64,000 nucleotides of DNA from Dicyema japonicum (taxonomy: Eukaryota > Animalia > Dicyemida): contig RDEW01000029.1 of assembly GCA_011109175.1 (NCBI GenBank), positions 220,158 through 284,157 on the forward strand, written 5' to 3'. A program made the position numbers and the translations under genes. The notes below the pieces were generated by a model that had not been told where the DNA came from, did no database searches, and saw only the letters and a program-made list of their open reading frames with translations. Shown piece by piece: positions 1 through 12,609 of the stretch; the stretch's first letter is position 1, and each line of letters opens with the position of its first letter.

Positions 1-917
<917 letters not shown>

Positions 918-1152
918 TTTAGGTCTTTTAACTTTTATTTGTGGCTCCTTTTTGTAGTTTGGATTTATTTACATCTAATGTGACTGATTGGGATTCTCTT
1001 TTGAAGAGGTGTTTTATTATGGAATAGTGTTGAGAAGGTTATCCTTGAGAGTCTTCGTATTGGGGTTGGTTAGGGGGTCGTCGTTTGAGGAATATTTTTT
1101 AGTTGGAATCATTTGGTTAATAGTTGAGTCGCTCGGTTGTTGGTTGCTTTGT

Positions 1153-1653
1153 TAGGGTAGGTTGACACAATTTGGTAGTCTGGATGTGATTATTTAAAGG
1201 GGTGGTTATTATTTATCTAATTGTATGTGAGGAGGACCAACTAGAGTAGTGGTTAGCTATGGCTTTGATCTCTACGCTGTTGCCTACCAATTAAATTAGT
1301 CCGAATTTTTTAATAAATTACTTTCGGAATGCGGATTGTCAAGTTACGGTTCATTGAAGCCTGTTTGTATGGAAACTAAGATTTTGTTGACTCATCAAAT
1401 GAAATCGGATTACTGGGGGGTCACTGTAATTGAATTAATAAAAAATCGACGTGGCGTTGCCTCTTTTAGTCTCAGCTGCTTCGACCGCGGAAAACCTAAA
1501 AATCAAGAAATATTCTTTCCTCGGGGATCGCTATCGATTTACTCCTGTTGCGACCGAATCATCGGGAGCCGTTGGTCCAATGACGGCTGAATTCTTGCAA
1601 GAACTCGGAGGATTGCTTGCCGGAAAGAAAAGGGATCAACGAGAAGGGTTATG
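1153..1653 (+). repeat. 501-bp direct repeat, copy 1; ends at an N gap
   Basis: Appears identical to 3534-4034 and is followed by n at 1654. Confidence 0.95.
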
Positions 1654-1654
1654 N

Positions 1655-2617
1655 ATTGATGCGGATTTAATGAATGAATTTAATGAAATCATATGGTGGC
1701 TTATGAAGGTAGTTTTGACTAATTAATAGAATGAAAATATTACAGTTTATGCTGAAAAGACTGAATTTAGTGATAAATCTATAACTGATAAATTAAGAGT
1801 ATATTCATCAGACAAACAAGTGGATTTAATAGTAACTCTTGGTGGAGACGGAACATTAATGCATGCCTCTTCACTGTTTCCACTTGCAATGCCATTAACA
1901 ATTCCGTTTAATTTGGGGACAATGGGGTTTCTGACTCCTCATTCATTCAAAGAATATAGAAATATAATAGAGAATGTGTTTAAAGGTATAAATATTATTA
2001 AAATAGGGGATTACAAAATATTAAACAGAGAAAGATTATTTTGTGAAATAACTAAAGTAGACTCAATATTAACTGTTGTTGTAATTAAATATTAAGGCAA
2101 TGAATGATGTTGTTGCCATTAGAACATGTAATAAGTACTTTAGAATGTGCAAAGTTAATATTTATGTTGATGATATTCACTTAACCACTGTGGAGGGAGA
2201 TGGTTTTATTATATTTATTATTAGGTGTTATTATCTCTACATCCACTGGTAGTACTGCTTATGCTGCTGCTGCTGGATCATCCTTACTTCATCCTTCTGT
2301 CTCAGGAATTGTCATTTGTCCTATTTGTTCACATTCTTTGTCATTCAGACCACTGATTGTTCCACTACATTCTAATATTACTGTAATTTTATTTTTTATT
2401 TATTAGTTGGAACCAATTGATCACGTTCAGATTAACATTGATGGGGTTAATGTTTGTTATCTCTCCTCAGGACAGAGGCTTTATTTTTATTTATTTTAGA
2501 ATATCTGTTTGTAGGTCAATTAACCCTATTCCATGTGTCTCCTTCAATTCTGACTATGAGTTTTACTCTGGATTGAATCAATGTCTACATTGGAATAAAC
2601 GTGGTATCAGAAACTAA
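1655..2617 (+). CDS. NADK: NAD kinase (NADK1-type), 5'-truncated at the gap
   Basis: Motifs [56 protein letters not shown] and LHWN. Six 21-24-nt introns, one of them GC-AG (2478-2499). Confidence 0.93.
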
Positions 2618-2931
2618 TCATAATATACTCCTCATGGGTATTTCAATATAACCGCGTTTCCATTTATAAATCTTCACATTATTCATCCAAAATTTAGTTT
2701 TTTAGATTTCACTGTGTTTTTCATGTGTTGCTTGTTGAGAATTACCTAGCAACCATATTACGGTTTGCTTCGTAGTTAAAGCACGAACGCATAGGTCCCG
2801 TTCCTGGGTCTGTTTTATACTTAATTCTAATACATTTCCTCACTTAATGTTCCACAATAGTTCTATCTTGTTCAGAATTTCAAGGAATTTCTCCTTCACT
2901 GAGATATAGAGAGGACATACTTTAACTAATC

Positions 2932-3100
2932 AACTGCACTTATGCGCAGAGTCATATTAGCTATAGCTTCCGCTCAGGCAGGACACACACTTTATTTAAG
3001 TAAAGAACAGTTATCATAATTAACACCAAGGAATGCTCATCACTTTTTTTGTTGGTGTCTATATAGACGATCAGGTTCCGCAGGGAGATGTTCACTGCTG
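2932..3100. repeat. Dispersed LTR-like repeat family A (other copies at about 20323-20480 and 57483-57568 on the reverse strand)
   Basis: Shared core gcagagtcatattagctatagc...caggcaggacacacactttatttaagtaaa.aacagttat. The minus strand reads TATATA...AATAAA, as in an LTR. Confidence 0.7.
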
Positions 3101-3533
3101 ACGGCGTCACTCGTCAGGCCTAAGCATTGAGATGCATAGAACCTTCAGCCGAAATGTACAGCATCAGAATTTGAACTAGGGACGGGACCTTCAAGCCTCT
3201 TGCCGGCAACCGTTACACTGCGCTAAATATTTAGGAAATGTAAAAAACGTGTAACTAATCAAAATAACAAAAAATTGGGAAAAAAGCCTAACGGGACTAT
3301 GGAAAATCGGGAACTAAAAACGCTTTACTCTCAATTCTTTGAGCAATGCATTTTATATGGAGACCATTGACTATTGTTCAGAAAATCGCGGCTACACAAA
3401 AAGGGTTTCTGAGTGACAGAGAACTGGTCTACGGACAAAAAGAATAAGATGCCGGGGGTCCTAATCCAAAGGAATAATGGAGGAGGCCTGATCCAATGTG
3501 ATCAGAAGAAAACCCGACCCCAACGAGCTTGTG

Positions 3534-4034
3534 TAGGGTAGGTTGACACAATTTGGTAGTCTGGATGTGATTATTTAAAGGGGTGGTTATTATTTATCTA
3601 ATTGTATGTGAGGAGGACCAACTAGAGTAGTGGTTAGCTATGGCTTTGATCTCTACGCTGTTGCCTACCAATTAAATTAGTCCGAATTTTTTAATAAATT
3701 ACTTTCGGAATGCGGATTGTCAAGTTACGGTTCATTGAAGCCTGTTTGTATGGAAACTAAGATTTTGTTGACTCATCAAATGAAATCGGATTACTGGGGG
3801 GTCACTGTAATTGAATTAATAAAAAATCGACGTGGCGTTGCCTCTTTTAGTCTCAGCTGCTTCGACCGCGGAAAACCTAAAAATCAAGAAATATTCTTTC
3901 CTCGGGGATCGCTATCGATTTACTCCTGTTGCGACCGAATCATCGGGAGCCGTTGGTCCAATGACGGCTGAATTCTTGCAAGAACTCGGAGGATTGCTTG
4001 CCGGAAAGAAAAGGGATCAACGAGAAGGGTTATG
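3534..4034 (+). repeat. 501-bp direct repeat, copy 2
   Basis: Appears identical to 1153-1653 and continues into an intact CRE 3' end. Confidence 0.95.
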
Positions 4035-4170
4035 GCTAAGACAAAAGATTGGAATAGCCATACTCCGAGGGAACTCGTTAGCAATCCACGCAGCAGGCTT
4101 CCTCAACTGACATTTGTTTAATTGTTAAAAAAAAATTTTGTTTTAAAAAAAAAAATTAAAAACAATAAAA
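3832..4170 (+). mobile_element. CRE-clade non-LTR retrotransposon 3' end (restriction-like endonuclease C-terminus plus A-rich tail)
   Basis: KKYSFL...FTPVATESSGAVG...FLQELG...REGLWLRQKIGIAILRGN, followed by A-rich tracts. Confidence 0.75.
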
Positions 4171-4799
4171 TTAGCGGACAGCAGCCAAACTTCTTTTCCT
4201 AGTCTGAGAGGGAATTCTTCTCGAATTTGACAGCAACATTCATGAAGGTCATTTGAGGAAGCTGAAATGAGGTTTCCGAGTCTTTTTCAAAAAACATTAG
4301 CAGTTAGAAAATTGAATCCAGTGATGTGGAAAAAGTGTTTATGTTTTAGATCCCAAGCATTATCCCCCTTGAATGAACTATCTACCAAATCGTCCAAGTT
4401 CCCCCAATTTTGCCGACGAGATTCGAACCCAGAGCACAGTGCATCCGATGCTTCCTCGTATCAAAACTTCGCGTATCCATTGCCTTCCGATTCCGTCAGT
4501 GAGGTCACACCCATGTTCCCATAATAAAATGAAATCGGGGGTTCGCTTGTGGCACCCTACTATCCTTACTACTATTTGCCTCCACGTCGAATTGACAGAC
4601 TGAGAGTACCATAATTGCTAGAGAGGTGTCAACTGAACTTGGTAACCTTCGCTTAACTTGATAAAATCATGAATAACACCCTCAACCCATATAATTTAAT
4701 CTGTACCCCCACAAAAACTGTAATCAATTATATTGGGAATCAATATTATTGATTTCACAAATCAATTTATTGTCCTCTGAATCTGCGAGGTTATCGTCG

Positions 4800-5480
4800 T
4801 ATACATGAAAAATGGGGCATTGTTCATCTGTTAGATCTGAGGTATCAAAAGTAGATCGCTTTTGCCTCAAGAGAAGACCCTTTTATGTGTTCCTCCCTTG
4901 ATTCTCCCCCAGGGGTTTGAAAACCGATCCGTGAACGAGGCTTTGAAACCGAGACTAAACTCAGAGTATTATGGACATGCAGAGTTCTATTAGCTATTCA
5001 AAGATCCCCCATTTGTGCCGGACAAGAGTCAAACCGGATCCCACGTGCATTCTAGGCTTCTTTGTCAGAACTTGGGGTTTCTGATATCACATGAGTCACT
5101 TTCCCATGCTCACGGGAAAAAGATGTTAGCATTCATCCAAGTGTTTACAACTGAGCAGTTATTATCTAGTCGACTTGGAGTCACTGCCCACACAGCGTAT
5201 TTGGCTTATGAGAAAACAGTAAGCATCTCACGTTCAATCAGCCATCCCTCTTCTCGACTCCTTCGCCCTTATTATCATTAAAGGCACGTGGAGGAACGCG
5301 ATTTGAATGTTAGAATCCCCGAAGTTTCGAGTTCGAGGAATTTGGTAAAGAATAGTTTTGGTTCTCACTGAGCCGATCTTGGTGAGCCATCACCGTGAGG
5401 TTGTGTGAGGTTATAAGGAAAGTTTATAGCATACTCACGTACAACCGAAAAACGGGGTAACTTCCCCAAAAGTACACATA
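4800..5480 (-). mobile_element. Possible BEL/Pao LTR-retrotransposon integrase remnant
   Basis: Degenerate minus-strand peptides (LPRFSVVREYAINF...PHGDG) resemble Pao integrase, with many stops. Confidence 0.3.
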
Positions 5481-5569
5481 AGGTTGATCATCAAAACAGA
5501 AATATCTATCTTCCACAATTAGTGATAATAGTCATATAAAACAGTCAAGCGTGACAATCGATTAGCAAC

Positions 5570-6178
5570 GTGAATGATGTAATTATGGATCAAGAATCAG
5601 CATGTGAATATCCTGTGGAATTTCTAAATTCTTTAGAACCGTCAGGGACGCCTCATCATACGTTAAAATTAAAAGTAGTGCCAGTTGTTCTATTACGAAA
5701 TCTAGAATCTCCAAGGTTATGTAGTGGTACAAGATTGGTAGTAAAAAACTTGATGTCTAATATTATAGAAGCAACGATATTAACGGGGCGAAATAAAGGA
5801 GACGTTTATATTCCAAGAATAACAATAATTTCGGATGAATTACCATTTAGATTTAAGAGACTACAATGAAGTTGAGTTTCGCAATGACAATCAACAAATC
5901 ACAGGGACAAACTCTTAAAGTAGTAGGTTTATCTATAGCAAGTGAATGTTTTGCACCTGGACAGTTATATGTAGGTTGTTCTGGTGAACGAGATGACCCA
6001 TTCATATACACAAAGGACGGTCGTACAAGCAATGTAGTATATCAACAAACATTACAGTAAGATATTTGATAATTTTTACTATAACAATCAGTTTTTTAAT
6101 AAAAATAGTTTAATTCGTTAAATATAATTCACTATGGAAAAACTGATCTCCGCAGGAACGAAGCGAGCAGCGAGCTAG
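5570..6178 (+). mobile_element. Helitron 3' fragment (PIF1-like helicase C-terminus plus CTAG end)
   Basis: FLNSLEPSGTP...LLRNL...IPRI...FKRLQ / FAMTINKSQGQT / GQLYVGCS. A GC-rich stretch ends in CTAG at 6175-6178, followed by T. Confidence 0.85.
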
Positions 6179-7599
6179 TAGTCATGTGAAACAGTCAAGC
6201 GTACAATCGATTAGCACCGTGAATGACGAGATTCGAGAACTAAGTACACGTGCTTTTGCGTGATCTCATAATCAAAATAAGCAATAATATTGGAATTTAT
6301 CCACGTGGTAAACGTGACTGGTTATTTGAAAGCACAACAATAGAAAAATTAGAAAAAACAGTAAAAAGGAGTCATTAACTAATCGGCCTCTTCAGTGAGG
6401 ACAGAGACAATCGCGTCGTCAGGAAGCTCAGTCTCGAACTCAAAGTCGCCCGTCTGACGAAGTCCGGAATCAGAAAGACGTCTTGCTAAGGTTTCCATTC
6501 CTTCTTTGGAATCAGAGAACTCCTGGCCATAGAGGACAACTTCCCCCTCAGAGACAGTTGAGACAACAAAGACAGAGGAACCTCTCCTGCATACTGAAAC
6601 AGACGAAGACATCACACTCTCCCCTTCCAGAACCCTTTATATATTATTCTGAGCGGTGGAATTTTCCGAGTCCAAAATTTCCAAATTAATTAATTTCCAG
6701 ACAAAATTGATTAAAATTTATGCACTTTATGACAGTTTATGCCTTTTTAATACACTTGGATGACTTAACGACACACTTGAGTTATTTACAATAAGTTCAG
6801 ACAATATGAACACAATTTTGAATGAATGAAAAATTCCAAAGACCACAGCTAACTGACTATTCAAGTGATCCCGGCACGCTCCAACAGAGACTTCAACTTG
6901 ACACGATGTTTCTCCCTCGAGTCTACGCAAGTACGCATCGATCGTATAACTGGTTCCTCATAGTCGCAACGGCATGTTGCTTGGTTCTTACGTATTAAGG
7001 ATTCCAGAGGCATTGGAGACTAGGATTTTTCAAAAGTCCATCATTCCGTAATTTTAGAAGCTTTTTTGGTTAACTTTGATCTTCATGGAATTTGTCCAAC
7101 AGATAAACGACCCCCAGGAAGCACACTTGATATTTAGGAGATGCAATTACATTATTTTAATCAATGTCTACCAATTGTCTTATCAAATTTACAACTGTTC
7201 ATTTCTGGGGGAAGAGCGGTCCGAGATCTTTTCGCTTTGACTACCAGGACTCGACGAGAAGGATCTTTGGGAACGACCTGCCTTGACTACATGTTAGCGA
7301 AGCTGGGGTTAGCAATTTAATTTAAGAGCACTAAGGGGGAGCTTAATCAGTGCTGCAGCTGTTAATCTCCCATTGATACCTTCTTTCAGATATTATTAGC
7401 AACATACATCATGTCAACCATTAGCCTCCGACAGATGATCCCTTTGGATTTGGACTTCATTTGTTTAAACTCCTGGTTTCGGATGTCTCCTGAGTCCACC
7501 ACCTTGTCCATACTCGCTAGAACAGAAAACACAAGGGCTTTCATCCACCATGAGGGTAAGAATACATTCTTTGCGATAGAGGTACGTCACATACGCCTC

Positions 7600-9100
7600 C
7601 GTTTGGCTCTCTAGATAACAGATTGTTGGTTCTGTGGACCATGTATGCGTTTGAGATAAGCCATCCCCTCAAATCGAGGTCAAGGACTGGGATACAATCT
7701 TGGAAGTTACAACCTCCAAACTATTTGTAACTCTAATAATGTAGGGAACAGTATCTTGACGAGTTCACTTCTAAAATTGGAATCGAGTTCACTTGTAAAA
7801 AGCATCCTTTGTTGGAATCAAAAGGATTGCTGACATTCACCTCCTGATACTGTGAAGGAATTCTAGACCACCAAGATTTTCGAAACCCTCAGCGGCCCTA
7901 GAATTCTACTAAGAATTTCAGGAAACGTCGTAAATCTATGGAAACTTCCCCAAATCCTGCGAACTAGTCATCCGAAATGTCATTTACTTGCCTGTTTGGT
8001 CCATTCATATTCAACGTGTCTCCGTGACTAACATACTTATGGGTCCCGTGGAACATCTTTCATATAACGCTTCCTTCTTCATTTTCATTTGCCACTACAG
8101 TCCTATGGGGGACGAAGTTGTATTTTGTGTAATAAGTCGAGTCCTTCTCTTTGACTACTTTCCTAGTTGACTAGCGCTACCTCAAGCAGTTGTCGTGGCC
8201 CTTCCTGTCGTTTGAGACCACGTCATCAGCGTAATCAAACTAACGTTCATGACTGCCGCTTGTGAAAGAATTCCCATAAGTCTAATCACGTTTAACTACC
8301 TTATTTAACCGACTGCAGCACACAGTAAAACATCTTGAATCACCTCTTCTACCCAGTTATCTCCGTCTCAACTCAAACGACATGGATTAAGTGCTTAGGG
8401 TCCTATCAATGATGAAGGATAAAGGAATGTCATCCTGGAGCAATCCTTCATTTATCAAAGATGACCTCGTTGCTGCAATTGAGTTAGTTTGGGTCATAAT
8501 GAAATTAATTGGGGGTAAGGGAATCTCTGATATCGAAAGTCAGTACTCCAGCCCAGTGACCCCTTGTGAATTTTAAAGAAGGCAGGGAACAGTAAGAAAT
8601 CCTTTGATCAGGTAGGTAGCGTACGGAATCAAGCATCAGCCACGTGCTATCTAATATTTATAATTTCCGGTGGGTGTCAGATGATCCCTGCCTCCTTGAG
8701 AAGCCATTTCACCTTTGATAGGCGTTTTTCTCGAGATCCGACGCACTTCTTGTATGTCGAGTTACTTTTGATTTTGGGGGTGGCAATAGGGCTTCTGTTC
8801 TCCTCACAAATGCCTTGGCTAAACGGCAAGGTGGAGAACCTTTGTAGACTCCTAATGATAACTGGAACAAATGGAAATAGAGGAACTCAATATAAAGGAG
8901 GGTAGACTCCTAATGATAACTGGAACAAATGGAAATAGAGGAACTCAATATAAAGGAGGAGAACCTTTGTAGCTTCCTCGTGACTGTAGCTCGAAATTTA
9001 TTGATCTTCTGGACAGGCTTGTCTCCCATGCAGCACAACCATAGCAGATTGTCAGTTGTGTGTATTAACTGAGCTCAAAGTTGAGTTAAAGAAACCTGTG
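7600..9100 (+). mobile_element. Ty3/Gypsy pol remnant (RT start)
   Basis: KGISDIESQYSSPVT and GLLFSSQMPWLNGKVENLCRLL resemble the Gypsy RT motifs GII..S.SPYSSPV and MPFGL.NA. Heavily decayed, and the boundaries are approximate. Confidence 0.5.
8833..8972 (+). repeat. Local tandem duplication (about 58-bp unit twice) bracketed by the 15-bp direct repeat ggagaacctttgtag
   Basis: gtagactcctaatgataactggaacaaatggaaatagaggaactcaatataaaggag occurs twice. The 15-mer lies at 8833-8847 and 8958-8972. Confidence 0.9.
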
Positions 9101-9452
9101 TAGTGTCCGATGAGTGTTTCTACAAAGTATAGTTTCCGATGAAAAAAGGAGATGACTTGTTAACGTATTTACTGAATTTCATAAAAGGGTTGTGGGTGAT
9201 GCCCAATAACTTGACAGTAATTGTGGAGGGGATTTAATCTCCATTAAGTGTTAAGAGAGGTGCTGAGTTTGTTAGTCTTCTATTTTAAGTAAAAAATCAC
9301 TGTGCATGACTTCTGATCGGAGGTATGGAATATCTGCAATAATCAAAAAATATTTTATTGAAGACTTAAAAAAAATTAAAATTTATTTTAAATTCTATAT
9401 TAAATATTTTAATAATATTATAATTTTAAAAACAGATTCACGTGCAAGCTAA

Positions 9453-10561
9453 ATGGTTTGTGGCGAAATGTTTCATACTTAGGCAGGTCCACTTGTAAAT
9501 GTGTACATGATGAATGGAGAACGTAGTGATAATCAGATTAGTTTGCCATCAGTATTCAAGACCCCCATAAGACCAGACATTATCAGTAAAGTGGCCGATG
9601 AAATGAGAAAGAACACTCGTCAGCCTTACGGTGTCTCCAAGACAGCCGGTGTTAAAGTCTCAGCCCATTCCTGGGGTACTGGACGAGCCATGTCCAGGAT
9701 ACCACGTGTGTCTGGGTCAGGAACTGGACGAGCAAGTCAGGGAGCTTATGGAAATATGTGTCGAGGAGGTCATATGTTTGGGGGGACCAAGATATTTCGA
9801 CGTTGGTACAGAAAAATCAATCTCAAGCAGAAAAGGTACGCAATCTGCTCAGCTATTGCGGCCTCTGGAGTCTCCTCCCTAGTCATGGCCAAAGGTAGGC
9901 TTTGTAATGAGGCTCTCAGGACATCGAGTTGAAGAGATCCCCGAGTTTCCGTTGGTCGTTGATAATGACGTGGAGAATCTTCTCAGAACTAAGGATGCTG
10001 TCAATCTTCTGAAGAAGTTAAATGCTTACCCGGACGTGGAGAAGGTCATTGACACCAAGAGGATCCGTCCTGGAAGAGGAAAGATGAGGAATCGAAGACA
10101 CGTGCTCCGAAAGGGTCCGTTGGTTATCTACAAGGAAGACAATGGGATCACCAAGGCCTTCCGGAACTTGCCAGGTTTGCGGATTATCTAATCAGGTGTC
10201 GAACTACTCCCAGTTGAAAAACTTAATCTCCGTGTTTTTGCCCCCGGGGGACACGTTGGAAGGTTTGTGATTTGGACAAAATCTGCGATGGAGACGTTGG
10301 ACGCTCTTTATGGTACTTGGACCTCCCCGTCGTCCATGAAGGTGGACTGGAATCTCCCCCAGCCGATTATGAGTATGACAGATTTGAAGCGGATTCTGCG
10401 GAGTGAAGAAGTACAGAGTGCTGTTAATGATCCGTTGACGATGAAAAGTCGGGCCACTGGAGAGGCCGAGGAAGATCAACCCTTTGAAGAATAAGGCACA
10501 GATGGAGAGACTGAATCCTCAGTTGATTGCCATCCATAAACTAAGGGGTGCTAAGAAATAG
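9453..10561 (+). CDS. RPL4: 60S ribosomal protein L4 (uL4)
   Basis: [42 protein letters not shown]. Introns at 9456-9482, 9895-9919 and 10175-10195. One apparent extra A near 10445 (atgaaaagtc). Confidence 0.97.
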
Positions 10562-10585
10562 TAACTTATTCCTTTTTTGTTGTTT

Positions 10586-12438
10586 CTAATTTTGTCCCTT
10601 TTCTGAGTTGGTTGTTGTTGTCTCTGGTAACTCTCCTCGATGCCACTGTTTCAAGTGATTAACAAAGTCTTGCTGCTTTCTATTCAGGTTCCACGATTTC
10701 TCTTGGTTTGCCTAGTAACCGTCAACTGGATTGTCTAGTGACTTACGCACAACCAAAAAAGCCAAGAGCATGCCTTGGTCCTTTTTTAAGGTGTTAGGAT
10801 ACATTGTGTCTTACACGTGGGGGGATTTAATCTTAAAAGTGCTTACTTCTGAGAAATATTCTGACATCAGAATTCGTTTTTTGATGAACATTCAACAACA
10901 TAGCGTCAAGCATTCAATGGTGGATGTTATTTCTCAGTAGTTAGATTTTTTTCTTCAACATAGTTTCGTGGGCTAATTTCTCCCGTTAGCTACTTGGCGG
11001 AAGGTTTCTCTTTCTTATACTACTCATGTGATTGACCTGCCTCATGTCACTCCATGTGGCATGAAAAGGATTGTTTGCTCTCCATTGTAGAGACTCCTCC
11101 ACTGCATTGGATGTTTTCTTCCTTCTCCACGGGTTCTGAATGTACTCGTGTTATGCTGCTGCTTAGACTTGGAGAGTAATTCCATTCGGGACGATTCAAG
11201 TACAAGTTCGTTTAATTTTAAAATCCACGTGCTTTGTAAATCCAATTCCTTTGTTTAGTTTGCGTCAAAAAGGAAGGATAGAAGAGAAGGTCTTCTAGGG
11301 TTTTCTTCACCTGTGGAAGTTACGCTTTGAAAACGTTCCTTTTTAAGTGATCACCCCCTCTCTTATATACGGACATGAGGGCTCGTCTTTCTCTCCAAAA
11401 GGCCATATCATTCTGTTCTTGAAGAAGTCAAGAAAGGCGGCAATTAAGTTTCCTCATCGAAAAAAGCTTGATGAATTCTTGAATGAAATAGAGAGGATAA
11501 TTGCTATTCAGATCGATCGGAGGAGCTACCGAGTTCCGTGGACTGTTGCCAGACGTCCCAGATTCTGAATAAGACAGAGTTCCTACATATTGCTCCACTT
11601 GCTTCAAAAGCAATTGTACGGAACATAAAGCGGCCAGAACTTGACATTTCTTCAATTTTTTCCTTTTTCGCACTTTGGCCACATTCCTGATGACGCTAGT
11701 AAGAGACAGGGAGTCAATGCACGTGTATAAGAATTAAGAGTAACTTTCTGCCATTGAGTCAGTTCTTTGAATGAAATTTAATTTTATTCCTTCAGGATCA
11801 CAAGGTTAAAGAAAAAATCCCCAGCTAACTAATTGATCCTATACCACAAAGGGAGCCGAATCAGGTGGAGACGGGGAATCCTATACAAGTCCTTCCATTG
11901 GACATGCAGTTTGTTCATATTGCAAAGTATCTGAGAAGAATTTGTAAAGAAGGCTCTTTGGAAAGGTAAAAGTCCTTCAAGAGGGTGAAGTCCGCTTTGA
12001 TAAAACCATTGTTCAATCTCGTTAGAATTTTGAATCGTAAATATAATTTTATTGCACTCTTTTGTGGTTCCAATCAATTTTTAAATTCTATCAAATGCTT
12101 CCACGTGGTCGATTCAGCTACAATTTAATCCATCAATGTCAAGCTGTAAAAATCAATTGAGGTTATCTCCCTGGTATGGTAACCAACTCGATCCGTGGCA
12201 ACTAAGCATGGACACGTGAGTAAGCGGAGATTGCGCCGACGTTTGGTAAAATCAGCTCCTTGAATGAGAAGACTAATATCTACGGCGTCGAACGGACCCT
12301 ACCCTCGACACTCTCCTGCCTGAGTCTTTGGAATGGCTCGGAGTCCTCGGTTTTGTTAAGAACCAAGAAATCATCCGTGTCGGGATCAGAAAATGGTCGG
12401 TCCTTCCTCAGACATCCGTCATCATTGACTTCCTGCAT
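10586..12438 (-). CDS. Multi-exon gene of unknown function; possible PH-like domain near the N-terminus
   Basis: Chain of minus-strand ORFs separated by micro-intron-like GT-AG segments (e.g. gtagggtccgttcgacgccgtag). ISLLIQGADFTKRRR and IIFTIQNSNEIEQWF resemble the start and end of a PH domain. Both ends are uncertain. Confidence 0.5.
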
Positions 12439-12609
12439 AGGCACAGCGCAGAAATTTCTTAAAATCCTAAGCGGGAGATGGGACCTGCGGGGAGAGGAAC
12501 TTCAATGCTAAGGAAATATAAAATTATTTAGTAAATAAATATCACAGTCATTTTCTTGATATAATAGAAAGCGGGGGAAGGCTTAGAGAAGACTTCAATG
12601 CTACAAAAA

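Noticed and set aside
4405-4500. tRNA-like B-box GGGTTCGAATC on the minus strand
   Set aside because: The T-stem is mismatched and no consistent cloverleaf or anticodon arm could be folded. At most a SINE-head relic; needs tRNAscan-SE.
6379-6615. GC-richer 78-aa minus-strand ORF
   Set aside because: No recognisable family, start or promoter tract, and it lies among TE debris.
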